Assembly: GCA_965208125.1 (NCBI GenBank)
Contig: OZ242320.1
Coordinates: forward strand, 2,464,001-2,528,000
DNA: 64,000 nt
Reading direction: 5' to 3'
DNA from: Candidatus Latescibacterota bacterium
GTDB taxonomy: Bacteria; Latescibacterota; UBA2968
Shown here: one piece after another, positions 17,289 to 27,772 of the stretch
How the letters are laid out: every line of letters starts with the position of its first letter
Position numbering within the stretch: the first letter of the stretch is position 1
The notes under the pieces: generated by a model
The model's database searches: none
What the model saw: the letters and a program-made list of their open reading frames with translations, nothing else
Told to the model about the DNA's origin: nothing
Program-made: the position numbers and the translations under genes

Positions 17289-18842
17289 CTATGATGTGTA
17301 GATGTTCTCCATCTGATAGGCGTCGAGTGACAGGAGTTCGCTGTCCTGTCCCTGTGATCGCAGGGAGACGCCCGTGCTGTCTTCGCGCCCGGGATAGACG
17401 CGCAATGCCACGCATTGTTTGCCGTTTACAAATACTTCTACGACGCTTTTGTCGATAAATACGCGCAATTTTAAGGTTTCATCCGGTTCGATATGGACCG
17501 AACCGGTTTCTGGCGCGCGGGTGCGCACGTCGGGTAGAATGGAGGAACACGATGAGTCGATTGTGATCAGGCTTTTCTGTGTGTTGCGTGCTCGATTTCT
17601 GAGCCCGCGATCTTTGAAGAACATGATGCGCGTGACTTCTTCTTTGTTGGGTGAGCGCAATACGTCCATTTCGACCATGGGCGCGTTTTTGGTATCGATT
17701 TCAGCGACGATCTCCATTGCGTTGCCCTGAATATTGTCGAGTACGATCTCGCTATTGGCAGCGAGTGTCATGCGTCCTACGTGCTGGTGATCGCGGCGCA
17801 GGGATTCCACATCGCCCGCTGGTTCTATGCGTATATCTTCTTCGCCGATGAGCGTCATTTTGCGGGGCAGAGTCATGATCTGGTTCCAATTCTCTGTTGG
17901 CTTGCCCGGGTTCATGTTGAAGATGACAATGATATTGCCATTTCCATCCGGGGTTGCCGAAGGCGCGTGTACGCCACAGGGAGCAGAAGGTCCGAAATTG
18001 CATTTGTCGTGCGCTGTTACCACAAATTTGTCGCGTTCTTTGTCGTAGTCGCCCAGGAGATATTGCCCCCCGCTTATGTGGCTGTAAAAGAGCAAGATAT
18101 GGCGATCGCCAATAGGCCAGAAGTAGGGGCAGGCGCCGTCGTCGCCAACGATTGTGAAGAGGTCGTCTTCGACAAATGGATGCAGGTACGTCCAGTTCGC
18201 CAGGTCGGGTGAGCGGAGCAAGAAGTTCGCGCGTTTGGGCTTGCCACCAGGCCCGGGCAGGGTGCCGCCTGAGAGGGAGTAGTAAAAGTCGCCCTTTTTC
18301 CAGATGCACGGATCAAATACCCGATAGGGCGGGGTGGAGCCATCGGGGTTTTGCATGGGGATTACGGCTTGTCCGGTTACTTTTTCCCAGTTCAAGAGCA
18401 GGGGATCGTTGGATACGGCGACCATGTTGCCAACCATGGTGCCGTGATACATGGCGATGACGCGGTCGTCTTCTACGAGTGTTGAGCCGGAAAAACAGCA
18501 GCGTTCGGGGTTGGGATAGATCGCATAGGGCAGGTCTTCCCAGTGGATTAAGTCGTCGCTGATGGCGTGTCCCCAGTGCTGGCGCGGGTCTTCGGGGGGA
18601 TATGCCTGGTAAAACAGATGCCATCGCCCCTGCCAGAAGCAAATCCCATTGGGGTCGTTGAGTGTGTGTTCTGGGTTTACGTAGTGGTAGATGGGTCTGT
18701 GGGGGTCGCCTTCATAACTTTTTCGCGCTTCGTTCATCCGCTGTAATAGCGGATTTGTGGCGAGGGCTTCACGCTGTTCTTCGAGTGTGTTTGGAAATGT
18801 GTAGTGCGGTACGAGTGATGTGTAATCTGGCGTGTCGCTCAT
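17289..18842 (-). CDS. Glycoside hydrolase family 32
   Basis: LNDPNG, WHLFYQ, HWGHAIS.DLIHW, FSGS, FDP; C-terminal FIDKSVVEVFVNG. The usual EC acid/base motif reads AC (GACP). Confidence 0.88.
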   Translation of the reverse strand: MSDTPDYTSLVPHYTFPNTLEEQREALATNPLLQRMNEARKSYEGDPHRPIYHYVNPEHTLNDPNGICFWQGRWHLFYQAYPPEDPRQHWGHAISDDLIHWEDLPYAIYPNPERCCFSGSTLVEDDRVIAMYHGTMVGNMVAVSNDPLLLNWEKVTGQAVIPMQNPDGSTPPYRVFDPCIWKKGDFYYSLSGGTLPGPGGKPKRANFLLRSPDLANWTYLHPFVEDDLFTIVGDDGACPYFWPIGDRHILLFYSHISGGQYLLGDYDKERDKFVVTAHDKCNFGPSAPCGVHAPSATPDGNGNIIVIFNMNPGKPTENWNQIMTLPRKMTLIGEEDIRIEPAGDVESLRRDHQHVGRMTLAANSEIVLDNIQGNAMEIVAEIDTKNAPMVEMDVLRSPNKEEVTRIMFFKDRGLRNRARNTQKSLITIDSSCSSILPDVRTRAPETGSVHIEPDETLKLRVFIDKSVVEVFVNGKQCVALRVYPGREDSTGVSLRSQGQDSELLSLDAYQMENIYTS

Positions 18843-18862
18843 GGTGCTTTGTCCTTTCTGTT

Positions 18863-20314
18863 TTAGGGAATCCTCATTGCTTTCAGTTCGGGATGTGCGT
18901 CCCAGTGCGCCCGGATCCGCTGTCCCCAGTTGCCGATCTGACGGGTGGGGCGTTCGTGTGTGATTCTTCGCCGTTCCAATCCCGCTTCAAAATTCAGTAG
19001 TGTCTGGCGGCATTGTATCAATAATGTGCGTTTGTTTTCTTCATGGGCGAGATTACGCGTTTCTCCCGGGTCGTTCCTGAGGTCAAAAATTTGTTCGAGG
19101 CCGATGCGTTCGGGATCGGGTCCGGGTGGGAGCAGGTCTTTTTCATCTCCGTAGGGAATATACTCACAGACGTATTTATATCGGTCGAAAAGCAGTGCGC
19201 GTCCCCAGTAGTTGCTTTCGACAAAGCCAAAGTCGCGCCAGGGTACGTCTCGCCCTTCGACGAGGGAGCGCACGCTCATTCCCCGCGCCTGTTCGGGTGG
19301 GTCAATTCCGGCGTAGTCGCATACTGTGGGGAGGAGATCGACGCCGGATACAAAGTGTTTGTGATCAAATGCGCCTTTGGGGATGTTCAGGTTGTGTCCG
19401 AGCGATGAGACGATAAAGGGTACGCGAATGCTGGCTTCGTAGAGGGAGAATTTCTGGAACATCTGGTGTTGTCCAAAGGCTTCGCCGTGATCTACGCTGA
19501 AGATGATTGCGGTGTTGTCCGCGAGGCCGCTTTGCTCAAGGGCGGTTAAGATCAGGCCGATTTCACCATCTACTTTTTCTACAAAGCGGTGGTGATGCCA
19601 TATAAATGTTCGCCATTGAAGTTCGTCCCATGTTTTCATGGCTCGCAAGATGGGCCAGTGAATCAGGCATTCGTCTATGCGCCTGCATACGCGGTGTAAG
19701 ACGGTTTCGCGCGTGTCGTAGTTAAAATTGTCAGGTAGAGGGGGTAAGTCCTTTTCGGTGAGCATGCCCCGGCGCACAGCGTCGGGCATTTCTTTTGTTT
19801 CAAAGTTGTGGCCATATTCGCAGATGTCGTGTGGGTTGACGTACCAGACTTGCAGATAAAATGGGTCGGTTTTGTCGTAAGTGGTTAAAAAATCTACGAC
19901 GGCATGGGTCATTGCCGCGTCGTAGTATTCGCCGCCGCCTGCACCGATTCGCTGTTGGCCGTAGTAGAGGACGTCGAAGCTATCATATACGTTTCGACCA
20001 TCTACGTGCCATTTGCCGCAGTGGATTGCGCGGTGGTCGCTTTGTTGTAATATTTGACCGAGGTCGGGTATGTCTTCGTGCAGATGGCCGCCGTTGAACG
20101 GGGTGCCGGCTTCTGAGGTGTATCGCCCGGTCATCCAGCTCGCTCGCGCAGGGGCGCAGACGGGGTCGCTGCTGTAAGACCGCATGAATGAGATGCCGTT
20201 GTTGTGCAGGCGGTCGATGTGTGGGGTTTTTACATGTGTGTTCCCGTATGCAGATATGACGTCCCAGGTGTGCTGGTCGGTGTTGATGAACAGGATATTG
20301 GGTCGGTCGCTCAT
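18863..20314 (-). CDS. Sulfatase (Cys-type)
   Basis: RPNILFINTDQ, CAPARASWMTG, GKWH, DHGE; start MSDRPN overlaps the upstream stop. Confidence 0.92.
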   Translation of the reverse strand: MSDRPNILFINTDQHTWDVISAYGNTHVKTPHIDRLHNNGISFMRSYSSDPVCAPARASWMTGRYTSEAGTPFNGGHLHEDIPDLGQILQQSDHRAIHCGKWHVDGRNVYDSFDVLYYGQQRIGAGGGEYYDAAMTHAVVDFLTTYDKTDPFYLQVWYVNPHDICEYGHNFETKEMPDAVRRGMLTEKDLPPLPDNFNYDTRETVLHRVCRRIDECLIHWPILRAMKTWDELQWRTFIWHHHRFVEKVDGEIGLILTALEQSGLADNTAIIFSVDHGEAFGQHQMFQKFSLYEASIRVPFIVSSLGHNLNIPKGAFDHKHFVSGVDLLPTVCDYAGIDPPEQARGMSVRSLVEGRDVPWRDFGFVESNYWGRALLFDRYKYVCEYIPYGDEKDLLPPGPDPERIGLEQIFDLRNDPGETRNLAHEENKRTLLIQCRQTLLNFEAGLERRRITHERPTRQIGNWGQRIRAHWDAHPELKAMRIP

Positions 20315-21108
20315 GTCGCGTCTCCCGTCAGTACGAAGGTCTGGAATGTGGTCGATGCGATGATGACCTGTTCTTGTTGATCCAGCCACCAGTACGAGGG
20401 TAGCATTCCTGCGCCATAGACGAAGAAGCCGGAGAGTTTCAGGGTTCTGTCGCCGAGTGGTAAAGTACTGTCTTCCATGTAGCCGATATGTGCGGGCGTG
20501 CGAATTTTTTCGAGGTCTTCCAGAATTGTGAGGGAGATTTTTTTGCCGGAAGATTTTAACTGGTGTGCGAGTTTTGGGATGACGTCGAATAGCGTCCAGT
20601 TGCAGGTGATGGGATGGGTGTTTTCGAGATGACCGACGGGTAAGGTTGTGTTGTTGACGACGAGTGTGACGCGCTGCTGGTTTCCATGTGATGTGATACG
20701 TCCTTCGCAGGTGAATTGGCGATATTTATCCCCCGCACCATTGGTCGCTGTTACGCGCCAGGTGTCCCGCAGGGTGCAGAGGTCGTCGTCCGTGCAATAG
20801 AAGTCGAGGTGCAGATTTTCGCCGCTTGTGGTGTTGAGAAATTGAATGTCGTAATGCCAGTTTTTCGATGGTTCGCGCTTTTGGCTGATTATTACTTCGC
20901 CGATTGTCAGGTCGCGCACGGGGTCTCCACCGCCACGCCCTTTGTATCCTTTCCAGTAGTTCGGGAGGACGGTGTATTTTTTTTCAGATGTTGGCGTAGT
21001 GCTTCTATTCAGTATTTCGATTAACTGCTTGCCAAAATGCGGGGTCTGACTTTTGCCATCGTACTGAAATGTCCAGTGTATGTGATCGGATGTCATTGGA
21101 TGCCTCAA
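20311..21108 (-). CDS. Hypothetical protein
   Basis: 265-aa ORF coupled by 4-bp overlaps to both neighbours; no recognised motif. Confidence 0.7.
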   Translation of the reverse strand: MRHPMTSDHIHWTFQYDGKSQTPHFGKQLIEILNRSTTPTSEKKYTVLPNYWKGYKGRGGGDPVRDLTIGEVIISQKREPSKNWHYDIQFLNTTSGENLHLDFYCTDDDLCTLRDTWRVTATNGAGDKYRQFTCEGRITSHGNQQRVTLVVNNTTLPVGHLENTHPITCNWTLFDVIPKLAHQLKSSGKKISLTILEDLEKIRTPAHIGYMEDSTLPLGDRTLKLSGFFVYGAGMLPSYWWLDQQEQVIIASTTFQTFVLTGDAT

Positions 21109-22520
21109 TCGGACACTGGCGTAATTTTCAATACGAGCGCGTGGTCACACGGTTTTTCTGCGGGGAGTTGGACTTTTAGTCCGCGCATTGTTTGCGACCA
21201 TTTTAACGATCCTACTCCCAATAGTTCGACTTTGTCGATTTGTTTGGTTAGCAGACGCAGGGAAGAGCCGAGCGATTGGATCGTTATTTCGTCTTTTTCG
21301 GGTATTGCCAATACGGTTGCATAGAGTACATCGCCTCGCGTGGTGAATCGGATGTCGCGTTCGCTAAACATCTGTCGCTTTGTGTCGGTGAATGAACCGG
21401 TTGTGACTTCTGTTGGGCCTTCGCCAAATACTTTCCAGGGACGCGAGTCGTAGATCGCTTCGCCGTTTACGTTTAGCCATTTGCCGATTGCGAGCAATAG
21501 GGCCTCTTCTTCTTCGGGGATTGTGCCATCGGCGCGCGGTCCCACGTTGAGCAAGAGTGCGCCGTTTTTGCTTACGATATCTACCAGATCGCCGATTAGT
21601 TGTGAGGCACTTTTGTATCCCCGTTCTTCTTCGATATATCCCCAGGATTTTCTCGCCACGCAGGTGTCGGTTTGCCAGAAGTGCGGGTTGATGTCGTCTA
21701 ATTGTCCGCGCTCAATGTCGTAAACTGCGACCTCTGGGGGAAAGGTATCGTGTTTGTAGTTGATTGCTACGCCGCGATCCCATTCGGCGCCGCGGTTGTA
21801 ATAGTAGGCTGCAAAACGCTGTACGTAAGATGCGAAAGCGGGTTCTTGTATCCACCAGTCAAACCACACGATTTGTGGGTGATATTTATCGACGAGTTCG
21901 CAGGTGCGCGCGAGCCAGTCGTCTAAGAATTCTTCGTTGGGCTGGCTGTCTCTCGGTTGCGCGGGTCCGTATAAGCCCGCGTATTGTCCGTCCTGTACGT
22001 CGGAGTCAAATTGCATCCCGCCGTCCATGAACCACCAGTGTTCTGCGCGGTGGGTCGATAATCCGAATATCAGCCATTGTTTGCGTACGGCTTCGGCGAG
22101 TTCGCCAATGAGATCGCGTTTGGGTCCCATTTTGCTCGCGCACCAGTCCGATAGGTCGGTGTCGTACAGGGCAAATCCATCGTGATGCTCGGCTACGGGG
22201 ACGACAAAGCGGGCGCCAGCTCTGCGGAATAAATCAGCCCAGTGGTCGGGGTCGTATTTTTCCGCTTTGAACATGGGGATGAAGTCTTTGTATCCAAATT
22301 TTGTGTGTTCGCCATAGGTCGCTTTGTGATGCGCGAATTCTCTGGCGCCTTGTTGATACATGTTGCGGGGGTACCATTCGCTTCCATAAGCGGGGACTGC
22401 ATACACGCCCCAGTGAATGAAGATGCCAAATTTGTCGTTCTGATACCAGTCGGGGACGCGATAATTTGAGAGCGATTCCCAGTTCGGTTCAAAAGGGCCT
22501 TCGGGTAGTTGTATTGCCAT
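21105..22520 (-). CDS. Alpha-L-fucosidase, GH29
   Basis: KFGIFIHWGVYAVP, EHHDGF, WFDW, DIVSKNGALLLNVGP. Confidence 0.95.
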   Translation of the reverse strand: MAIQLPEGPFEPNWESLSNYRVPDWYQNDKFGIFIHWGVYAVPAYGSEWYPRNMYQQGAREFAHHKATYGEHTKFGYKDFIPMFKAEKYDPDHWADLFRRAGARFVVPVAEHHDGFALYDTDLSDWCASKMGPKRDLIGELAEAVRKQWLIFGLSTHRAEHWWFMDGGMQFDSDVQDGQYAGLYGPAQPRDSQPNEEFLDDWLARTCELVDKYHPQIVWFDWWIQEPAFASYVQRFAAYYYNRGAEWDRGVAINYKHDTFPPEVAVYDIERGQLDDINPHFWQTDTCVARKSWGYIEEERGYKSASQLIGDLVDIVSKNGALLLNVGPRADGTIPEEEEALLLAIGKWLNVNGEAIYDSRPWKVFGEGPTEVTTGSFTDTKRQMFSERDIRFTTRGDVLYATVLAIPEKDEITIQSLGSSLRLLTKQIDKVELLGVGSLKWSQTMRGLKVQLPAEKPCDHALVLKITPVSD

Positions 22521-22543
22521 GGTTTCTCCTGTGAATGATTGCC

Positions 22544-22611
22544 GGGACGGCACAGGGTCCGTCCCCTACGATGATGTTGTGGTTTGTAGGGGCGACTCCC
22601 CGTGGTCGCCC
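22544..22611. repeat. Inverted pair of GTAG-type REP palindromes
   Basis: GGGACGGCACAGGGTCCGTCCCCTAC...GTAGGGGCGACTCCCCGTGGTCGCCC, near-identical to 15838-15894. Confidence 0.8.
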
Positions 22612-22616
22612 GCCTT

Positions 22617-23756
22617 TCAAAATTCTACATAAGGCTCTGATTCTATGGGTGTAAATGGTTTTGGCGGATATTTTGCCAGGATATCCTCTTTTAAATCTAC
22701 GCCCCAGCCGGGTCCCTCAGGGGGTACGCAATGGCCGTCGATTACTTCGATGGGTTGTGTGAGGACTTCGTTGTAGCGGTCGATGGAGGATAGGAATATT
22801 TCCTGCATTAAACTGTTGTGGATGCAGAGGTCCAGGTGCAGGCTGGCGATGGTGGAGATCGGTCCGTTTGAGTTGTGCGGGGCTACGGTTACGTAATATG
22901 TTTCGGCCATTGCTGCGATTTTTTTGAGTTCGGTGATGCCGCCCGCGTGGCAGATGTCCGGCTGGATGATGCCCACGGCATTTAGTTCTAACAGTGCGCG
23001 GAATCCCCAGCGGGTGTACAGTTGTTCGCCCGTTGCAATGGGTACGCGCACTTCATGGGCAAATTGGGCGAGGGCTTCGGGGTTGTCCCATAAGATGGGT
23101 TCTTCCATCCAGGCGATGTTGTATGGCTCGAGTGCTTGTGCGACCCGGCGCGCGCTCCAGATGTTTAATCGCGCGCGTATGTCAATTCCGATTTCGACCT
23201 GCGGTCCGGCGGCTTCTCGCGCGGCTTCTACGAGCGCAACACCGTGTTCTATGCGGTCGATTTTTGCGACTTGTTCGCCGCCAAAGGGGTAGAATTTTAA
23301 TGCTGTATAGCCTTGATCTACGACTTGTTTTACGCCTTCTAAGATGCCTTCGGGGGTGTTTCCTTTTCTGGGCCAGCCGTTGGCGTACATGCGTATTTTG
23401 TCGTGGGATTTGCCGCCGAGTAATTCATATACGGGTACGCCGAGTGCTTTGCCTTTGATATCCCATAGGGCGAGGTCAATGGCGCTGATGGCGCTGGTGG
23501 TTACGGGTCCGCCAGACCAGGTGACGCGCCGATATAGGGATGTCCATAGTCGTTCGATTTCAAAGGGGTTTTTGCCGATTAAATATCGCTTGAATGCTCC
23601 AAATTCCGCTATTAATCCTTCGTCTTTGTATTGCAAACTGGCTTCGCCCAATCCGTATATGCCGGCGTCGGTTTCGATTTTCACAAATGTCCAGTTTGTT
23701 CCCCCACCCTTTCCCGGGGTGCCCATACGCATGACGTGTAGATCGGTGATTTTCAT
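22617..23756 (-). CDS. Mandelate racemase/galactonate dehydratase-like sugar-acid dehydratase
   Basis: FVKIETDAGIYGLGE, IDLALWDIKGK, EEP, ATGE, QPDICHAGG, APHN. Confidence 0.9.
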   Translation of the reverse strand: MKITDLHVMRMGTPGKGGGTNWTFVKIETDAGIYGLGEASLQYKDEGLIAEFGAFKRYLIGKNPFEIERLWTSLYRRVTWSGGPVTTSAISAIDLALWDIKGKALGVPVYELLGGKSHDKIRMYANGWPRKGNTPEGILEGVKQVVDQGYTALKFYPFGGEQVAKIDRIEHGVALVEAAREAAGPQVEIGIDIRARLNIWSARRVAQALEPYNIAWMEEPILWDNPEALAQFAHEVRVPIATGEQLYTRWGFRALLELNAVGIIQPDICHAGGITELKKIAAMAETYYVTVAPHNSNGPISTIASLHLDLCIHNSLMQEIFLSSIDRYNEVLTQPIEVIDGHCVPPEGPGWGVDLKEDILAKYPPKPFTPIESEPYVEF

Positions 23757-23766
23757 TCGTGCTCCT

Positions 23767-25032
23767 TTATTCTTTAATTGCGACAGCTATTTCCTCTGGT
23801 TTGTCCAGTTGTGGGATCCATTCATAAGGCACGCGATAAGCGCGATAGCACGTTTCGTGAGGGCTGATAAATTCCCATACAATTTCGAGTTCGGGAGTGA
23901 CTTCAAAAAGCCGACCTCCTGCCCCTTCGCAAATCAGTGTATTGCCATTGGGCAAGCGCTGTGCAGAACTCCACGGACGGCTGTAAAAACGGCAGGCGCG
24001 GATCCGGTCACCATCCGCCTTTAGCGCGGAATACTCCCACACGAGTTCCAGTGTTACCGGATCGAATTCTACCACACGAGAATAATCTCGTACCGCGTTC
24101 ATCCTCCCGTTGGGAGCACCCGGATTCGGTGCACCATATCCTGCAGCACCGCCATTATCGAATACCAGGATGTTTCCTGCACCGGGCAAGCCTTTTGGTA
24201 TCATATGCGCGTGATGCAGTCCAATGATCCAGCCCAATGCCCGCAGTTCAGATGTCAGTGAATAATCCGGCCCGACTTTCCACGCGATTTTACCAGTCTC
24301 TTTGCTGATTACTGCGATTGTGTTGGTATGTCGTCCATCCCAGATAAAATTATCTGGATGAAATCGCTCGTCGCCAGCATCATACCATTTGTTTGGTCCC
24401 AAATAGGATACACTGTTGGAATGTACCCAGTCATAAGGATTTGCTCCGACGCGTCCTCCCCGGTAAATCGCATTTTTTGCTTCTTCGCTGAAATCCATTT
24501 CATCAAAGTGATCCACGCTTTGCCATTCCCACACGGTGTCGCCGTTCCAGTTTACTTCCAAAATACAATCGCCATGCAGCACCCCGGGTGCGATATGTGG
24601 CCTTTCAACTTCTTTTGCTGCGAGGACAATGGTATTTCCGCCTTCTATAATGGGATCTAAACCCGGCGCATAATACCCGGTTGGACTGCCCTCGCGTTCA
24701 AAATCGTGGTGTTGCTTGGCGGACCAGATTTTTTTCTTATCAATTTCGATTTGCTCAGTTTTATTGTAGTGCCAAATTACATTTCCATCCCAATCTATCT
24801 GAACGAGTTCGCGCCCCCGTTCCATGCGAGGACCGTTGTAACGCCGGTCACCGAGGATATGTCCCCCAGGCATTACTTTGCCCAGTTGTGACAGATCAAA
24901 ATGCTTTACCAGGTTGCCGTTCATGTCAATTATCTCACCGCCAGCATAGACCGTATAGCCATTCCAGCTACGCTCGGGGTCGTACACAGATATACCTACT
25001 GGTCGGGGAACACCCGTTACGCGTGATGCCAT
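23767..25032 (-). CDS. Aryl-sulfate sulfotransferase (ASST) family protein
   Basis: QHHD, DWVHSNS, HHAH, LVFDNG, SRVVEFDP, SSAQRLPNGNTLICEG. Confidence 0.85.
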   Translation of the reverse strand: MASRVTGVPRPVGISVYDPERSWNGYTVYAGGEIIDMNGNLVKHFDLSQLGKVMPGGHILGDRRYNGPRMERGRELVQIDWDGNVIWHYNKTEQIEIDKKKIWSAKQHHDFEREGSPTGYYAPGLDPIIEGGNTIVLAAKEVERPHIAPGVLHGDCILEVNWNGDTVWEWQSVDHFDEMDFSEEAKNAIYRGGRVGANPYDWVHSNSVSYLGPNKWYDAGDERFHPDNFIWDGRHTNTIAVISKETGKIAWKVGPDYSLTSELRALGWIIGLHHAHMIPKGLPGAGNILVFDNGGAAGYGAPNPGAPNGRMNAVRDYSRVVEFDPVTLELVWEYSALKADGDRIRACRFYSRPWSSAQRLPNGNTLICEGAGGRLFEVTPELEIVWEFISPHETCYRAYRVPYEWIPQLDKPEEIAVAIKE

Positions 25033-25059
25033 TGATAGACTCCTCAGTAGATTTTGGGA

Positions 25060-26802
25060 CTAAGCGGGACTGATTCTCTTTATATAAACATAGTAGGCAC
25101 CGGGTGGTGCGTCAATGCCATCGTCGAAATAGGTTTGTACGCGGGTTGAGCCTTTTTTAAGTGATAGATGAAAGGCGACGCATTTGTCTTCTTCGCTGAC
25201 TGCTTTTTGTTGGACGATGTCGCCTAATTGTAATTTTGCTGTTTTGATGGCGAGTGCTTCTCCCGGCAATAGATCATCTACATAAGGTACGCCTGTTCTG
25301 CCCGGTAGGGCGGCGCAGATCGGTGTGTCGATTTCAACGGGCCAGCGGCGAAGTTCGAATTCGTATTCTCCGTCTTGTTCAATGTCGATGGTCCAGAAGC
25401 CGTTGTCTCGCTCTTTTTGGCGCACATGCCGCTGGCTGTAAATTCCTTCTTTTCCGTGCCAACTGTGCGCGGTCAGTGTTGTGGGGTTTTCGCGATCTGA
25501 TCCGATTGGGATTTCGCTGTATTCGCCAAATCGCCGGGAGATGTCGGTCCACCAATTTTCATACGCTTCGCATAGTGTTTTTACGATTTCGGGATTGTGT
25601 TCTGCTATGTCGCGCTTTTGCTCGGGGTCGCGTTTGTGGTCGAATAGTTCGTGTTGTGGCGCACGCCATGTTCCCGTGTGTACGAGTCGCCAGCGGTCGG
25701 TCATGGCGGCGAAGTCTTTGTATTTTTTCGGGTGATCAATTTGCTGCTGGTGTACGAATAGTGTGCGTATGGGCCAGTTGCTATAGGCGTTGTTTAACAG
25801 GGGTGTGAGGCTGATGCCGTCGAATTTTGCGTCCGGTGGTGAGAGTTTGCAGAGGTCGATTAATGTGGGCAATATGTCGATGTGGGCGGTTAGATGATCG
25901 ATATCGCGACCGCCTGTCAGTTTTCCGGCGGGCCAGTGTATGAAACACGCGTTGCGATGGCCGCCGTCATAGACCCACGTTTTTTTGCCGCGCATGCCCG
26001 CGTTATATCCATCTGTTGGATATCCATCCGCGGTTATTCCCGTTCCCATGGATGTGCCGTTGTCTCCCATGAAGATAAGTATGGTGTTTTCTGTCAGGTT
26101 ATTGTCCGCGAGCCACTGGCGGAGGCGCCCGATGTTTTCGTCGATGTTTGCGATCATGCCGTAAAATCGCGCGCGTTGTTTCGGTATTCCCTGTTGTAAA
26201 TAAGGCGCGCTGTATTTTTCGTGTACGTTGAATGGGCCATGGGGGGCGTTGGTGGAGATGTAGCAGAAGAACGGGGTTTCATCCGCCTCCATAAATTGCA
26301 TGGCTTCGTCGAACCATACGTCTGTGCAATAACGGACGTGCGGTTCGGGTGTGCCGTTTCGGAGATATGTGGCGGTAAAGTTGTCGTTGTCCCAGTAGTC
26401 CGGGATTTCTCCAACTACGCCGCCGCCAAAGCTCAGGGATTCTCGAAATCCCCGGTCAAAAGGGCGATAGGGATAGTTGTCGCCCAGATGCCATTTGCCA
26501 AAGATGCCGGTGCGATAGCCCGAGTCCGAAAATGCGTCGGCGATGGTGATTTCGTCCCGGCGCATGATATACCGGCCCCGCAAGGTGCTCCATACGCCGG
26601 TGCGCGCGGCATATCGCCCGGTCATGAGCGCGGCTCTTGTGGGCGAGCACATGGCATCTACGTGATAGTCGGTCAAGCGCACGCTCTGGTCGTATAATTG
26701 ATCCAGATTTGGCGTTTGCAATACGGGATTGCCGGTGCAGCTTAGATCCCCATATCCCTGATCGTCGGTTAAGATCAGGATTACATTGGGGCGTTCTGTC
26801 AT
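25060..26802 (-). CDS. Arylsulfatase (Cys-type)
   Basis: [35 protein letters not shown]. Confidence 0.95.
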   Translation of the reverse strand: MTERPNVILILTDDQGYGDLSCTGNPVLQTPNLDQLYDQSVRLTDYHVDAMCSPTRAALMTGRYAARTGVWSTLRGRYIMRRDEITIADAFSDSGYRTGIFGKWHLGDNYPYRPFDRGFRESLSFGGGVVGEIPDYWDNDNFTATYLRNGTPEPHVRYCTDVWFDEAMQFMEADETPFFCYISTNAPHGPFNVHEKYSAPYLQQGIPKQRARFYGMIANIDENIGRLRQWLADNNLTENTILIFMGDNGTSMGTGITADGYPTDGYNAGMRGKKTWVYDGGHRNACFIHWPAGKLTGGRDIDHLTAHIDILPTLIDLCKLSPPDAKFDGISLTPLLNNAYSNWPIRTLFVHQQQIDHPKKYKDFAAMTDRWRLVHTGTWRAPQHELFDHKRDPEQKRDIAEHNPEIVKTLCEAYENWWTDISRRFGEYSEIPIGSDRENPTTLTAHSWHGKEGIYSQRHVRQKERDNGFWTIDIEQDGEYEFELRRWPVEIDTPICAALPGRTGVPYVDDLLPGEALAIKTAKLQLGDIVQQKAVSEEDKCVAFHLSLKKGSTRVQTYFDDGIDAPPGAYYVYIKRISPA

Positions 26803-27761
26803 GCGCGATGCTCCTTGTATGGACTGAGGTCCATTTCTGGATAGGCGTTTTTGATGAGGTGAAGCGTTTCTGGCGTGTAGAAGTCGTCGCCGGGATTGGG
26901 CCAGCCAAAGAGGCTGCGGACCCTTGCGGTGGTTTTTGTTAAGAAGGGACGCAGGCGTCTGCGTTCTTGTATGTCTCGTTTTTCCGTGAGTGTCCAGGTG
27001 CTGGTGTCTCTGCGGCCCACTGCGTAGAAGAGGACTGCGCGTTGTTTTCTGGGGTTGGTGAATGCCTGGGCTGAATGGGGCGTGTGTGAGCTGTAAAAGA
27101 GTACGGTTCCGGTTTTTCCCGTGGCGGTGACGGGTTCGAATTTGTAAGGGAGTTTGCGGATGTCGTCAAAGCGATAAGATGCGTGTTCTGTGCCTATTGG
27201 GGCGCGGATGAGTTTGTTCATTTTGCTGTGTGCGCCGGGCAATACGCGGACCGGGGCGCAGTCTGCGTCGTTGTCGGTCAGATAAACCCAGGCCTGGATG
27301 TGGCCGTAGCGTTGCCATTCCGGGTGCGGGGGTAGCAGGGGTTTTGCCCAGTCGATGTGGAAGCCCTGCCAGGGTTCTCTTGGGGTTCCCCGGTCTAAGC
27401 GTCCGCTGCGGGTATAGACAAAGCCGTGGTGGTAGTGCATGTCGGGTGTGTCTAAGAGTTGGGTTAGGGCGTCTAAAAAGGGTTCGTGTTCAAGGGTGCG
27501 GTCAATGGCGTCGATACCCGTTGGGATGTCGTGAAATTCCGCGCGGGGTCCGCCAAAGTTGCGGCGGCCTTTTGGTCTGATGAGTGTTTCTGCAATTTCG
27601 GGATGGGCATCTATTTCGGCGTTGAATTCTTCGTGAGATTTGCCGTAAGCATTTTGTTCTGCGACTTCAAGCGCGGGTGCCAATTGCTCTTTTGAGAAGA
27701 GGTCGGGGACTAAGAGATAGCCATTGCGCTGATATGATTCACATTGTTCAGGGGTCAACAT
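26799..27761 (-). CDS. PhyH family dioxygenase
   Basis: LTPEQ..YQRNGYL, FHID, VLPGAH, HSA...R. Confidence 0.85.
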   Translation of the reverse strand: MLTPEQCESYQRNGYLLVPDLFSKEQLAPALEVAEQNAYGKSHEEFNAEIDAHPEIAETLIRPKGRRNFGGPRAEFHDIPTGIDAIDRTLEHEPFLDALTQLLDTPDMHYHHGFVYTRSGRLDRGTPREPWQGFHIDWAKPLLPPHPEWQRYGHIQAWVYLTDNDADCAPVRVLPGAHSKMNKLIRAPIGTEHASYRFDDIRKLPYKFEPVTATGKTGTVLFYSSHTPHSAQAFTNPRKQRAVLFYAVGRRDTSTWTLTEKRDIQERRRLRPFLTKTTARVRSLFGWPNPGDDFYTPETLHLIKNAYPEMDLSPYKEHRA

Positions 27762-27772
27762 TTTCGATCTCC

